A stretch of 42,203 nucleotides of DNA, from assembly GCA_043823375.1 (NCBI GenBank), contig JBDRAX010000229.1, forward strand, positions 1 to 42,203. Reading direction: 5' to 3'. Made by a program: the position numbers and the translations under genes. This document shows, piece by piece, positions 8,957 through 19,571 of the stretch. This stretch comes from Candidatus Omnitrophota bacterium. GTDB lineage: Bacteria > Omnitrophota > Gorgyraeia > Tantalellales > Tantalellaceae. Positions within the stretch are counted from its first letter, which is position 1. Each line of letters starts with the position of its first letter. The notes beneath the pieces were generated by a model that saw only the letters and a program-made list of their open reading frames with translations, was not told the origin of the DNA and made no database searches.

Positions 8957-9997
8957 ATGAATATAGAAACGATCATATGGGATAATAACAGGGTCCGGCT
9001 GATCGATCAGCGGTTCCTGCCGTCCAGAGTGGTTTACTCCACGTGCGTTACGGTGAAAGATATGTATGAGGCCATAAAAAAAATGAAGGTGCGGGGGGCT
9101 CCGGCCATAGGGATCGCCGGAGCGTACGGGGTTTATCTGGGGATAAGGAATAGCAGGGCAAAGACCTTTCCCGCTTTCAGGAAAGAACTGGAAAAAGTTA
9201 TTGAATATCTTTCGGATTCGCGGCCTACCGCGAAAAATTTATTCTGGGCAGGGGAAAAGATGGCCGAGGCGGCGGAAAACAGCAAGAATCTGCCTGTCGA
9301 AAAACTGAAAGAAGTACTCCTTGATGAAGCCCATTCGATACTGGAAGAGGATACGAAGATATGCCGCGCGATCGGGCGTTACGGAGCGCGCCTCTTACCT
9401 CGGGGCGCGAATGTCCTCACGCATTGCAACGCGGGCGCCCTGGCGACCGGCGGATACGGTACAGCGCTTGGGGTACTGTATTCAGCGCGAAAAAAAATAA
9501 AGATGGTCTACGCGGATGAGACACGCCCCGTGCTTCAGGGGGCGAGATTGACAGCGTGGGAGCTTGTGAAAGCGGGCATACCTGTTACCGTTATCTGTGA
9601 CAATATGGCCGCTTCACTGATGGCGGGAGGGGATATCGGCGCTGTGATCGTGGGAGCGGACAGGATAGCGGCGAACGGGGATACAGCCAATAAAATAGGG
9701 ACTTACAGCCTCGCGATAGTTTCAGCGTATCATAAGGTCCCGTTCTATGTAGCCGCTCCTTTTTCGACTTTCGACCTTTCCATGCCTTCAGGGAAAATGA
9801 TCCCGATAGAGGACCGTTCTTCTCTGGAAGTGAAGAAGATAAACGGTAAGTATATAACGCCGGAAAAAGCGGCGGCCAAAAACCCTTCTTTTGACGTCAC
9901 GCCCGCGGGCCTTATCACAGCGATCATTACTGAGCGCGGGGTTATAGATAAACCGTCGAAAAAAAATATAGAAAACATTTTGAACCGGAAGCGATGA
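8957..9997 (+). CDS. mtnA: S-methyl-5-thioribose-1-phosphate isomerase
   Basis: VRGAPAIG, RPTAKNL, THCNAGALAT, DETRP and GADRIAANGDTANKIGTY motifs. Confidence 0.96.
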   Translation: MNIETIIWDNNRVRLIDQRFLPSRVVYSTCVTVKDMYEAIKKMKVRGAPAIGIAGAYGVYLGIRNSRAKTFPAFRKELEKVIEYLSDSRPTAKNLFWAGEKMAEAAENSKNLPVEKLKEVLLDEAHSILEEDTKICRAIGRYGARLLPRGANVLTHCNAGALATGGYGTALGVLYSARKKIKMVYADETRPVLQGARLTAWELVKAGIPVTVICDNMAASLMAGGDIGAVIVGADRIAANGDTANKIGTYSLAIVSAYHKVPFYVAAPFSTFDLSMPSGKMIPIEDRSSLEVKKINGKYITPEKAAAKNPSFDVTPAGLITAIITERGVIDKPSKKNIENILNRKR

Positions 9998-10047
9998 AAT
10001 GCGCCTTGCCCGGAAAAACCGGGCCCGGTCAGGGTGTGGAGGCTGAG

Positions 10048-10944
10048 ATGAAAGAGCTGGATCTGGTAAATGAGATCAGAAGGCGCGCCGGCGGGAGTTC
10101 CGGCGCGTTAAAACTCGGTATAGGCGATGATTGCGCTGTCCTCGATTATAAAAGCGGGAGATATCTTTTGTGGGCGGCGGACATGCTTGTCGAAGGGACT
10201 CACTTTCTGAGGCGTATGGCCGGTTACCGTGAGATAGGCAGGAAAGCCGTAGCGGTAAATATCAGCGACATAGCCGCCATGGGAGGGAACCCGGAATATA
10301 TAACTGTGTCAATAGGCGTAAGGCCTGACATGACGCGGGCTGATATCATGAAACTTTATGACGGTATATTCGGCATATGCCGTGAATTTAATGTCTCTGT
10401 GGCGGGAGGCGATACGAACTTGTCCGATAAACTGGTAATAGATGTTTCGATCCTGGGCACGGTTGATAAAAAAAGGCTTGTCACGCGTTCCGGAGCGAGG
10501 CCCGGGGACCTTATCATGGTTACCGGCCCGGTAAGGGACGGTAAGGCGTGTCATCTGGATTTTACGCCGCGCCTCGCGGAATCCCGGTTTATTGCCGGGA
10601 GATACAGGCCGACCGCGATGATCGACGTGTCGGACGGCCTCGCGCCGGACCTCGGCCGTATCTGCGCGGAAAGCGGGGTTGGCTGTGTCCTCAGAGAAAC
10701 GGCAATACCTCTTTCCGAAGGTTTATCCCTTGATGACGCGCTTTATTACGGGGAGAGTTTTGAACTATTGTTCACGATGCCGCGCCCAGAATCTGAAAGA
10801 ATGATACGTGGCCGGAAAAGGCATAAAGCTTTGTGCGGTTTTTTTGTGGCGGGAGAAATAACTGAAAAACACAGGGGGATGTCGCTGGTTAAAAAGAACG
10901 GCAGGATAACACGGCTTAAAATGAAAGGGTTTCGGCACCTTTAA
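10048..10944 (+). CDS. thiL: Thiamine-phosphate kinase
   Basis: GIGDDCAV, EGTHF, NISDIAAMGG, GGDT and MIDVSDGL. Start moved to ATG 10048 after GGAGG. Confidence 0.92.
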   Translation: MKELDLVNEIRRRAGGSSGALKLGIGDDCAVLDYKSGRYLLWAADMLVEGTHFLRRMAGYREIGRKAVAVNISDIAAMGGNPEYITVSIGVRPDMTRADIMKLYDGIFGICREFNVSVAGGDTNLSDKLVIDVSILGTVDKKRLVTRSGARPGDLIMVTGPVRDGKACHLDFTPRLAESRFIAGRYRPTAMIDVSDGLAPDLGRICAESGVGCVLRETAIPLSEGLSLDDALYYGESFELLFTMPRPESERMIRGRKRHKALCGFFVAGEITEKHRGMSLVKKNGRITRLKMKGFRHL

Positions 10945-10955
10945 AAAAGAACGTT

Positions 10956-11438
10956 ATGGAAAAAAGCAAAATAGCGGTTACAAATTCACCTGAAGAGACG
11001 GTAGCGCTGGGGGCCAGGGTAGCCTCAGGGCTTTCGGCCGGGGATCTTGTGGCCCTTAAGGGCGGCCTTGGCGCCGGCAAGACCATGTTTGTCAAGGGTG
11101 TGGCGAAAGGGCTGGGTATTAAAGAATACGGGTATGTGAACAGCCCTTCTTTCGTAATACTCAAAGAATACCGGGGTGAAAAGGATCTATATCATTTTGA
11201 CGTTTACAGGCTGGATGAGAAAAGTTTCCGCGAAACGCTGGATTATGAAAAATATTTTTACGGCGGCGGCGTGACCGTAGTGGAATGGGCGGATAAAATA
11301 AGCGGTGAATTGCCGGATGAATACCTCGAGATCTCTATCGCTTACGGCGAAGGTGACAGCAGGGTTTTTACTCTGCGCCCTTCGGGCAGGCGCTTTGAGG
11401 ACCTCATCAGCCGGATATTCGAAAAAGAGGAAGCATGA
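10956..11438 (+). CDS. tsaE: tRNA threonylcarbamoyladenosine biosynthesis ATPase TsaE
   Basis: GGLGAGKT, VNSPSF, YHFDVYRL and VVEWA motifs. Confidence 0.95.
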   Translation: MEKSKIAVTNSPEETVALGARVASGLSAGDLVALKGGLGAGKTMFVKGVAKGLGIKEYGYVNSPSFVILKEYRGEKDLYHFDVYRLDEKSFRETLDYEKYFYGGGVTVVEWADKISGELPDEYLEISIAYGEGDSRVFTLRPSGRRFEDLISRIFEKEEA

Positions 11439-11442
11439 AAAT

Positions 11443-12126
11443 ATGAAAGTACTGGCGTTCGACACATCCACAAAATTTCTCAGTATCGCGTGCCTTGAAG
11501 ACAGTAAGGTGCTGTATTCTTTCCATGAAGACGCCGGCACGCGGCACAGTGAAATGCTTATGCCCGTTATCAGGGATATGCTCGCGGGAGCGGGTTGGAA
11601 GATGCCGGATATAGGTCTTATATGCGCGGGGACAGGCCCCGGGTCTTTTACCGGACTCAGGATCGCCGTCGCGACAGCCAAAGGGATGGCCGCGGCCATG
11701 GGGACAGGTGTTACAGGCGTTCCCAGTATGGACGCCATGATAATGAACGCGCCCTCAGGAGTTAAATTCGCGGCTCCTTTTCTGGACGCGCGTAAAGAAA
11801 AGATCTATACCTGCGTATACGATTGTTCCGGAAGCGTACCGGAGCGCCTTACGGATTACCTTCTGGTTAAGGCGGATGATTTCCTGCGCGGGCTCGATAA
11901 GGAAGTCCTCTTCTTCGGGGACGGGATAGAAAAGTACAAAAAAACTCTTGATATGTGCGCTTTCGCGAAATATGATAGCAGTATCGACTGGTATCCCAAA
12001 GCCGCGGAAACAGGCAGAATAGGTTTTGAAAAGTCCGCGGCAGGAACGGATGACCCCGAACTTTTAGACCCCTTATATCTGCACGCTAAAGAGTGTAATA
12101 TAACCCTTAAAAAATTCGCGGGATAA
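11443..12126 (+). CDS. tsaB: tRNA threonylcarbamoyladenosine biosynthesis protein TsaB
   Basis: MKVLAFDTST start, HSE, GPGSFTGLRI, DARK and PLYL. Confidence 0.95.
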   Translation: MKVLAFDTSTKFLSIACLEDSKVLYSFHEDAGTRHSEMLMPVIRDMLAGAGWKMPDIGLICAGTGPGSFTGLRIAVATAKGMAAAMGTGVTGVPSMDAMIMNAPSGVKFAAPFLDARKEKIYTCVYDCSGSVPERLTDYLLVKADDFLRGLDKEVLFFGDGIEKYKKTLDMCAFAKYDSSIDWYPKAAETGRIGFEKSAAGTDDPELLDPLYLHAKECNITLKKFAG

Positions 12127-12169
12127 GAAAAACCGCGGTATTTACACAGCGCGTCACGGGAGACATTAT

Positions 12170-13291
12170 ATGAGGAACGAAAAGATCAGGCCCACCTGGG
12201 CGGAGATCAATTTAGGCGCGATCAGGAAAAATTTAAACTGCATAAGAGGGCTCCTCGACCCGGGCAAAGACATAATGGCTGTTGTTAAGGCCAATGCCTA
12301 CGGACACGGCCTCTGCGAGATAAGCAAAGTGCTGGTCGAGGAAGGAATAGATTATCTTGGAGTGGCTACGGTTGACGAGGCGTTGGCCTTAAGGCGCGCC
12401 GGGATCAGAAAACCGGTACTTGTCCTTGGGGCTACCATGGCGGAAGAAGCGAGGGCCGCTGTCGCTCACGACATAACCATTACCTTGTGTGACCGTGAGA
12501 TCCTGAAGGTACTGGTTAATTCCGCGGTGGAAATGAAGAAGCGGCCTAAGGCCCATATCAAAATAGATACCGGGATGGGGCGTATCGGCGTGTGGCATGA
12601 GGACTCGATCGCTTTTATCAGGGAAGTTTTTTCCCGTAAAGAAGTTGATCTGGAAGGCGTTTACACGCATTTTTCTTCAGCCGCGCGCGATAAAATGATG
12701 ACTCTCCTCCAGATAAGGGATTTCGGAGATGTGATTGACGATATGAAGCTTTCAGGTATTAATGTGAAATATACGCACGCGGCTAACAGTGTTGCGGTAG
12801 TTGACTGGGAAAAATCTCATTTGAATCTTGTAAGGACAGGCATCCTTCTATACGGCGTCTACCCTAAAGAAGCGTTCCGCAGAGAGTTCCGGCTGGAACC
12901 TGTCCTGAGCCTGAAGACTAAAATAGTTTTCCTGAAGGACACCCCTCCCGGCAGATCGATAAGTTACGGCCGTACGTATATAACACAGAACCAGACACGG
13001 ATAGCGACGATCCCGATAGGTTACGCGGACGGTTACGGAAGGATACTTTCAAATAAAGCCGAAGCACTGATAAGGGGACAGTTTGTAAGGATCGTAGGAA
13101 TGGTCACAATGGACCAGACTCTTCTTGACGTGGGCCATATCCCGGGCGTAAAGGTCGGGGATGAAGTTGTATTGATCGGCAGGCAGGAACAATCGGAAAT
13201 CCCCATAGAAAAAATAGCTAAACTCGCCGGGACTATTCCCTACGAAATACTTTCACAGATAACCGACAGAGTCCCCAGGATCTATAAATAA
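12170..13291 (+). CDS. alr: Alanine racemase
   Basis: AVVKANAYGHG PLP lysine motif, KIDTGMGRIG, SYG, PIGYADG and GTIPYE. Confidence 0.97.
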   Translation: MRNEKIRPTWAEINLGAIRKNLNCIRGLLDPGKDIMAVVKANAYGHGLCEISKVLVEEGIDYLGVATVDEALALRRAGIRKPVLVLGATMAEEARAAVAHDITITLCDREILKVLVNSAVEMKKRPKAHIKIDTGMGRIGVWHEDSIAFIREVFSRKEVDLEGVYTHFSSAARDKMMTLLQIRDFGDVIDDMKLSGINVKYTHAANSVAVVDWEKSHLNLVRTGILLYGVYPKEAFRREFRLEPVLSLKTKIVFLKDTPPGRSISYGRTYITQNQTRIATIPIGYADGYGRILSNKAEALIRGQFVRIVGMVTMDQTLLDVGHIPGVKVGDEVVLIGRQEQSEIPIEKIAKLAGTIPYEILSQITDRVPRIYK

Positions 13292-13468
13292 CTGTTCCCG
13301 AAAGCTCCGGTTTCCGGAATTAATGTAAAGATCAGTCTGAAACCTGAGCGGCCATTCATGAAAACAGAGAAAAGAACTTGTTGCAAGGAGTGCTATCCGG
13401 TTTCTCTAACCTGTTTACCGTTTGTCCCGCAGTATCCGGGCGACATTCTACGCGAAGAGCGAGTGTGC

Positions 13469-13496
13469 TTGACAATAAAAGGCGATATGTTATACT
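13469..13496 (+). promoter_or_regulatory. Sigma70-type promoter of the ilv-leu operon
   Basis: TTGACA (13469-13474), 16-bp spacer, extended -10 TGtTATACT (TATACT at 13491-13496). Confidence 0.75.
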
Positions 13497-13566
13497 TATC
13501 AACATGCGCGGTATGGCGGCATATATATAGTACTTAATTATTACTATTAATTTTAAGGGGAAGAAA

Positions 13567-15264
13567 ATGGCTAAAATAACTGGAGCTGAGATACTGGTAA
13601 AAAGTTTATGTGAAGAAAAGGTAACCCATATTTTCGGATATCCCGGGGGAGCCGTACTGCCGCTTTATGATGTCCTGTCCCAGGAGAAGTCTATCAGGTT
13701 TCATCTTACAAGGCATGAGCAGGGAGCGGCCCACGCGGCTGACGGGTATGCCAGGGCTACGGGAGAGGTCGGAGTCTGTATGGCTACATCCGGCCCCGGG
13801 GCTACTAATCTTGTTACGGGTATAGCTACCGCTAATATGGATTCCATTCCTTTAGTCGCTATTACGGGGCAGGTCAAGTCCGTTCTTATAGGAAACGACG
13901 CGTTCCAGGAAGCGGATATGGTAGGGATAACCAGGCCGATCACAAAGCATAATTATCTGGTGAGGAACGTGGAAGATATCGCGCGCATTGTTAAGGAAGC
14001 TTTCCACATAGCCAGGACCGGAAGGCCGGGGCCTGTATTGATAGACTTTCCCGTGGATGTGCAGCTTCAGCAGGCGGAATATAAATATCCTAAAACCGTT
14101 GATATTAAAGGCTATAAACCGACGTATAAAGGGCATCCCGGGCAGATAATGAAAATAGCCAAAGCGATAGCCAGGAGTGAACGGCCTGTTATTTACGCGG
14201 GGGGCGGGGTTATCCTCTCCGGCGCGGATAAGGAATTGACAAAATTCGCGAGAAAAACCAATATACCGGTTACAACCACTCTCATGGGGCTGGGCGCTTT
14301 CCCCGAAGATGACAAACTGAGCCTCGGTATGCTCGGTATGCATGGTACAGCTTACGCGAATCACGCGGTACAGGAGTCGGATCTGATAATAGCTATAGGC
14401 TCGAGATTTGATGACAGGGTTACCGGCAGGATAGACGATTTCGCTCCTTCAGCGATAATAGTCCATATAGATATAGACCCTTCGAGCGTGAGCAAGAATG
14501 TGCCCGTGCATATTCCCGTTATAGGGGACGCCGGGGACGTGCTCAGGGAACTGGTGAAACACGTGTCAAAAAAAGATTACTCTTCATGGCACAAAAAAAT
14601 AGCGGGCTGGAAGGAAGTCTTGCCGCTTCGGTATAAAAAGGATGATGAAGCGCTCAGGCCGCAGTATATTATTGAGCAGATCTATGAGCTTACGAAAGAT
14701 ACGGATGTTATCATATGTACCGAAGTCGGCCAGAACCAGATGTGGGCGGCGCAGCATTTTACTTACACGAAACCCAGGACATGGCTTTCCAGCGGCGGGC
14801 TTGGGACAATGGGATACGGTTTGCCCGCGGCTATAGGAGCGCAGGTCGGAAAACCGGGGAGTGTCGTTTTCGATATAGCGGGTGACGGAAGTATCCAGAT
14901 GAATATCCAGGAACTGGCGACCGCTGTCATGGAAAAACTGCCTGTCAAGATAGTTATTTTGAACAACGGCTGTCTGGGCATGGTAAGGCAGTGGCAGGAA
15001 TTGTTTTACGAAAAGCGCTACGCGTATACGATATTAGCCGAAGACGCGTCCAAGATGTGCCCTGATTTTGTCAAGCTGGCTGAGAGTTACGGCGCTCGCG
15101 GCATAAGGGTTACCGGCAAGAAAGAAGTTAAGAAGGCTATTAAGGACGCGTTGAAAGAAAAGAAACCGGTAATACTGGATTTCTGGATCGAAAGGGAAGA
15201 AAATGTTTTTCCGATGGTGCCTGCCGGAGAATCGATAAGCAATATGCTCCACGGGCTGGCTTAG
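13567..15264 (+). CDS. ilvB: Acetolactate synthase large subunit (biosynthetic)
   Basis: [29 protein letters not shown] and the GDGS...NN TPP-binding motif. Confidence 0.97.
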   Translation: MAKITGAEILVKSLCEEKVTHIFGYPGGAVLPLYDVLSQEKSIRFHLTRHEQGAAHAADGYARATGEVGVCMATSGPGATNLVTGIATANMDSIPLVAITGQVKSVLIGNDAFQEADMVGITRPITKHNYLVRNVEDIARIVKEAFHIARTGRPGPVLIDFPVDVQLQQAEYKYPKTVDIKGYKPTYKGHPGQIMKIAKAIARSERPVIYAGGGVILSGADKELTKFARKTNIPVTTTLMGLGAFPEDDKLSLGMLGMHGTAYANHAVQESDLIIAIGSRFDDRVTGRIDDFAPSAIIVHIDIDPSSVSKNVPVHIPVIGDAGDVLRELVKHVSKKDYSSWHKKIAGWKEVLPLRYKKDDEALRPQYIIEQIYELTKDTDVIICTEVGQNQMWAAQHFTYTKPRTWLSSGGLGTMGYGLPAAIGAQVGKPGSVVFDIAGDGSIQMNIQELATAVMEKLPVKIVILNNGCLGMVRQWQELFYEKRYAYTILAEDASKMCPDFVKLAESYGARGIRVTGKKEVKKAIKDALKEKKPVILDFWIEREENVFPMVPAGESISNMLHGLA

Positions 15265-15304
15265 CGTACGCGTAAAAAAAAGAGAGAGGCGGAAGGAGAA
15301 TTAT

Positions 15305-15787
15305 ATGTCGAAATTTGTGCTTTCTGTTTTAGTCGAAAACAAGTTCGGAGTTCTGGCAAGAGTGGCAGGGCTTTTCAGCGCCAGAGGTTTCAATATAGAT
15401 TCTCTGGCCGTAGGGGAAACGGAAGACCCTGATGTGTCACGTATGACGATAGTCGTCGAAGCTGATGAAAGGATACTGGAACAGATAAAGAAACAGCTCA
15501 ATAAACTTATAGATGTTATCCGGGTGCAGGACCTTACAGGAGGGAAATACGTCGAGAGAGAGCTGGTTATGATCAAAGTCAAGTCTGAGGATACCAAAAA
15601 AAAGGAAAAGATAGTTCAGGTGGTGGATTCTACGGGCGCTGAGATCGTTGACGCGGGCAGTAAATTCCTTACGGTTGAAGAGACGGGGGAAGAACATAAG
15701 ATCAACGCGCTTATTGAACTTCTCAGGCCTTACGGTATTCTGGAAATAATAAGAACAGGAAAAATAGCCTTATCATCGGAGACGTAG
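15305..15787 (+). CDS. ilvN: Acetolactate synthase small subunit
   Basis: ACT domain LVENKFGVLARVAGLFSARGFNIDSLAV; ERELVMIKV. Confidence 0.96.
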   Translation: MSKFVLSVLVENKFGVLARVAGLFSARGFNIDSLAVGETEDPDVSRMTIVVEADERILEQIKKQLNKLIDVIRVQDLTGGKYVERELVMIKVKSEDTKKKEKIVQVVDSTGAEIVDAGSKFLTVEETGEEHKINALIELLRPYGILEIIRTGKIALSSET

Positions 15788-15875
15788 TTTTCCGCGTGGT
15801 ACCGGCCCGGGTGTATTTGTGTGACGGATACGCTCAGGCGGTGCCGGGGCTGTGTTACGAAAAAAAGGAGGAAGC

Positions 15876-16862
15876 ATGGCAAAAATGTATTACGATAAAG
15901 ACGCGGACCTGGAACTTGTCAGGAACCTTAAAGTAGCGATCATAGGATACGGTATCCAGGGCCGCGGGCAGGCATTAAATCTCAGGGACAGCGGAGTGAA
16001 AGTGCTTGTCAGCGAACTGGAAGGAACGCCTAATCATGCCCAGGCCAAAAAGGACGGTTTTGACGTGCTGCCGGCGCAGGAAGCGGCGAAACAGGCGGAT
16101 ATCATACAGATATTGACACAGGACCATGTCCAGGCCGAAGTATATAAAAAGGCCATAGAAAAAAATCTGGAACCGGGGAACGCGCTTTGTTTTTCCCACG
16201 GTTTTAATATCCATTTCAAACAGATAGTGCCTCCTGCAAATGTGGATGTTTTTATGGTGGCGCCCAAGGGCCCGGGAGCGCTGGTAAGAGAGATGTATGA
16301 GCAGAATAAAGGCGTGCCGTGCCTTATTGCCGTGTTCCAGGATCACTCCGGCAAGGCAAAAGCTAAAGCTTTAGCGTATGCCAGGGCTATCGGCGGGACC
16401 AGGGCCGGTGTTATTGAGACAACGTTCAAAGAAGAGACGGAAACGGATCTTTTCGGAGAACAGGCTGTTCTCTGCGGGGGCGCTTCAGAGCTTATAAAAG
16501 CGGGCTTTGACACTCTGGTGGAAGCCGGATATCAGCCGGAAATAGCGTATTTCGAATGCCTTCACGAATTGAAACTCATAACCGACCTTGTCTATAAGTA
16601 CGGTATTTACGGCATGAGGAAGAGAGTTTCCGATACGGCGGAATACGGCGATATAACAAGAGGTAAGAGGGTTATCAACAGGAAGACCCGCGAAGAGATG
16701 AAGAACATACTCGGTGAGATACAGTCCGGCAGTTTCGCGGAGGAATGGATAAAAGAAAACAAGGACGGAAGGCCGAATTACAACAGGATCACGGAAGAAG
16801 AAAAGAAGCATCAGATAGAAACGGTCGGAGAAAAACTCCGCGGTATGATGCCGTGGATGTGA
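15876..16862 (+). CDS. ilvC: Ketol-acid reductoisomerase
   Basis: [14 protein letters not shown] and [16 protein letters not shown]. Start ATG 15876 after AAGGAGG. Confidence 0.97.
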   Translation: MAKMYYDKDADLELVRNLKVAIIGYGIQGRGQALNLRDSGVKVLVSELEGTPNHAQAKKDGFDVLPAQEAAKQADIIQILTQDHVQAEVYKKAIEKNLEPGNALCFSHGFNIHFKQIVPPANVDVFMVAPKGPGALVREMYEQNKGVPCLIAVFQDHSGKAKAKALAYARAIGGTRAGVIETTFKEETETDLFGEQAVLCGGASELIKAGFDTLVEAGYQPEIAYFECLHELKLITDLVYKYGIYGMRKRVSDTAEYGDITRGKRVINRKTREEMKNILGEIQSGSFAEEWIKENKDGRPNYNRITEEEKKHQIETVGEKLRGMMPWM

Positions 16863-16882
16863 GGATATAACTATCCGTAAAA

Positions 16883-16909
16883 ACCGGGCCGGCATTTTGC
16901 CGGCCCGGT
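16883..16909. repeat. Perfect GC-rich hairpin between ilvC and leuA
   Basis: ACCGGGCCGGCA-TTT-TGCCGGCCCGGT, a 12-bp stem with A-runs on both sides. Confidence 0.7.
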
Positions 16910-16990
16910 AAAAAACGGCGGTTCACAAGAAAAACCTTTTGAGCGTTTGGTAATACTGCCCGCGGCGAGCGCGGCGGAAAGAGGGAAAAC

Positions 16991-18553
16991 ATGGATAACA
17001 AAATACTGATTTTTGATACAACTTTAAGAGACGGAGAACAGACCCCGGGGGCAAGCCTTACGGTAAATGAGAAACTCCAGATAGCTATCCAGCTGGATAA
17101 GCTGGGGGTTGACATTATTGAGGCCGGGTTCCCCCGGACCAGCCCGGGAGACCTTGAGGCGGTTAAAACCGTAAGCAGGCATGTCAGAAGGCCCGTGATC
17201 TGCGGCCTTGCCAGAGCCACAAAACAGGATATAGATGCCGCGTATGAGGCCCTGAAAAAAGCTGACAAGCCCAGAGTCCATGTTTTCCTCGCGACTTCAA
17301 AGATACACCGTGAATACAAACTCAGGAAAGCCAAGGAAGAAATATTGAGGATATCGGTCGAAGCCGTAAAATACGCGCGGAAAAAATTCCCTCAGGTGGA
17401 ATTTTCTCCGGAAGACGCTTCCCGTACCGAAAAGGATTTTCTTGCCCGGGTGGTGGAAGGTGTTATTAAAGCGGGCGCTACGACCGTTAATATCCCGGAT
17501 ACGGTAGGGTATTCTGTCCCGCGGGAGTTCGGCAGCCTCATCGGGTACCTTATGGAAACGGTCCCGAATATCAATAAGGCCGTTATAAGCGTGCATTGCC
17601 ACAATGACCTGGGGTTAGGGGTCAGCAATTCACTGGCGGCTGTTCTTTCCGGCGCTCGTCAGGTTGAATGCACGATAAACGGCCTTGGAGAACGCGCGGG
17701 GAACGCGGCACTGGAAGAGATCGTAATGGGCCTCAGGATGCGGCGGGATATCTACCGTGGGATCGGCACGAACATCCAGACAAAAGAACTTTATAAGACA
17801 AGCCGTCTTGTGAGCAAATTAACCGGTATTGCCGTTCAGCCGAATAAGGCCATAATCGGGGAGAACGCTTTCAGCCATGAGTCCGGGATACATCAGGACG
17901 GTATCCTTAAAAAGAGGACCACATATGAGATAATAAGGCCTCAGGATGTGGGGTTTGAAGGGAGCAGGCTTGTGCTGGGTAAGCTTTCAGGCAGGCACGC
18001 TTTTTCAGCGAGGCTGAAAAAGTTAGGCTATTCGCTTTCCGATAAGGAACTGGACCAGGCGTTCACGCGCTTCAAGGTTTTAGCGGATAAAAAACACAAT
18101 ATATTTGACGATGACCTCGCGACTATCGTTGAAGACGAGCTGGCAACTATACCGGAAGAGTATAAACTGGTGAATTTCCAGGTTACAAGCGGGAACAACA
18201 TTAACCCTTTGGCGATCATTGCCCTTGAAAAGGAAGGGCAGGTAATAACCGCGACGGGTACGGGTGACGGCCCGATAGACGCGTGTTTCAAGACTATTGA
18301 TAAGGCTGTGGGGGAAAAAGGGAAACTCATAGATTATAAGGTCAACGCCGTTACCAGCGGCATGGACGCACTCGGCGAGGCGAATGTGAAGATCGCGTTT
18401 AAAAACGAGGTCGTCCCGGGCAGGGGTTCAAGCACCGATGTTATCGAGGCCAGTGTCCTCGCGTATGTGAACGCGATAAACCATCTGGCAATAAAGAAAA
18501 GAAGGCTGGGGCCTCGTGAAAATACAAAGAAGCCGGCGAAGAAAAAAAAGTAA
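16991..18553 (+). CDS. leuA: 2-isopropylmalate synthase
   Basis: DTTLRDGEQ, HCHNDLG, GERAGN, HESGIHQDG and a C-terminal regulatory domain. Confidence 0.95.
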   Translation: MDNKILIFDTTLRDGEQTPGASLTVNEKLQIAIQLDKLGVDIIEAGFPRTSPGDLEAVKTVSRHVRRPVICGLARATKQDIDAAYEALKKADKPRVHVFLATSKIHREYKLRKAKEEILRISVEAVKYARKKFPQVEFSPEDASRTEKDFLARVVEGVIKAGATTVNIPDTVGYSVPREFGSLIGYLMETVPNINKAVISVHCHNDLGLGVSNSLAAVLSGARQVECTINGLGERAGNAALEEIVMGLRMRRDIYRGIGTNIQTKELYKTSRLVSKLTGIAVQPNKAIIGENAFSHESGIHQDGILKKRTTYEIIRPQDVGFEGSRLVLGKLSGRHAFSARLKKLGYSLSDKELDQAFTRFKVLADKKHNIFDDDLATIVEDELATIPEEYKLVNFQVTSGNNINPLAIIALEKEGQVITATGTGDGPIDACFKTIDKAVGEKGKLIDYKVNAVTSGMDALGEANVKIAFKNEVVPGRGSSTDVIEASVLAYVNAINHLAIKKRRLGPRENTKKPAKKKK

Positions 18554-18674
18554 CCGGCATGAAATACCGGGGGGCGCGCGAAATTCGCGGTACGTTTTTT
18601 TCTCCGGCAGAGATACAGGCGGACAGATACGGAGATGATGCGTATTTTGAACCCGCCGGTTTTTCAGGAGCTTT

Positions 18675-19571
18675 ATGCGGAATGCTGATCATGACAGAAA
18701 AAAATACGGGCTGCTTGGAAGGAATATAAGTTATTCTTTATCTCCTGCCATGCATAACGCCTGTTTTCGGCATTTCGGAATACCGGCTGAATATGGTATT
18801 TTCGATGTGCAGGGCGCGGACAACTGGAATAAATATTTCACGGAGCTTGTTTCCGGTGAAAATGTCGCGGGACTTAATGTCACTGTCCCGTATAAGATAG
18901 AGATCCATGATATGCTGAAAAATATGGGAAAAGCGCACCGGCTTGACGATATCGCCGCGTATCTGGGGTCTGTAAATACCGTGAAAATAGAAAACGGGGA
19001 GTATACCGGATATAACACCGATGGCCCGGGTTTTTATGGGTCCCTTATCGATGATGCCGGTTTCGACCCGGCGGGGAAGAAAGTTTTTATATGCGGCGCC
19101 GGGGGAGCGGGGCGGGCTATCTGTATGTATCTTTCATATCTTGAAGACAAAGGGCCTGAATGTATTTTTATCTATGATACTGACAGCGCTACGGCGTCCA
19201 GGCTTGAGGCCGATTGCGCCGTGAAGTCTGAAAAAATAAAATGCAAGGCCGTAAAAGAAGATGATATACCTGATGCTATGGCAGGGTGCGGACTGGCGGT
19301 AAACGCTACGCCCCTCGGGACAAAACCCGGGGACCCGGACCCTCTGCCTGTGGATCGCATAAAGGCCGGTATGGTCATTTATGATCTTGTTTACGCGAGG
19401 GAAACCGGGATCATAAAAAGCGCCAGGCAAAAAGGCGCGCGTGCCGTTAACGGGATCGGTATGCTGGTCAATCAGGGAGCTTTAGCTTTTAACATATGGA
19501 CTGGATGCCCTGTTAACGAAACAAAAAAAGTTATGCGGGCGGCTCTTAAAAATCTGCCGGGCGGGGAGTAA
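18675..19571 (+). CDS. aroE: Shikimate dehydrogenase
   Basis: SLSPAMHN, NVTVPYK, SVNT, NTDG, GAGGAG, NATP and DLVY. Confidence 0.95.
   Translation: MRNADHDRKKYGLLGRNISYSLSPAMHNACFRHFGIPAEYGIFDVQGADNWNKYFTELVSGENVAGLNVTVPYKIEIHDMLKNMGKAHRLDDIAAYLGSVNTVKIENGEYTGYNTDGPGFYGSLIDDAGFDPAGKKVFICGAGGAGRAICMYLSYLEDKGPECIFIYDTDSATASRLEADCAVKSEKIKCKAVKEDDIPDAMAGCGLAVNATPLGTKPGDPDPLPVDRIKAGMVIYDLVYARETGIIKSARQKGARAVNGIGMLVNQGALAFNIWTGCPVNETKKVMRAALKNLPGGE

Noticed and set aside
9998-10047. TPP riboswitch before thiL
   Set aside because: Spacer is too short; a GCTGAGA is present but the rest of the aptamer is not.
13358-13537. 59-aa Cys-rich ORF or classical ilv attenuator
   Set aside because: No RBS, it overlaps the promoter, it has no run of Ile/Leu/Val control codons, and no terminator hairpin precedes ilvB.
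18565-18606. Terminator after leuA
   Set aside because: Only a 5-bp stem separated from the T-run; too weak to call.
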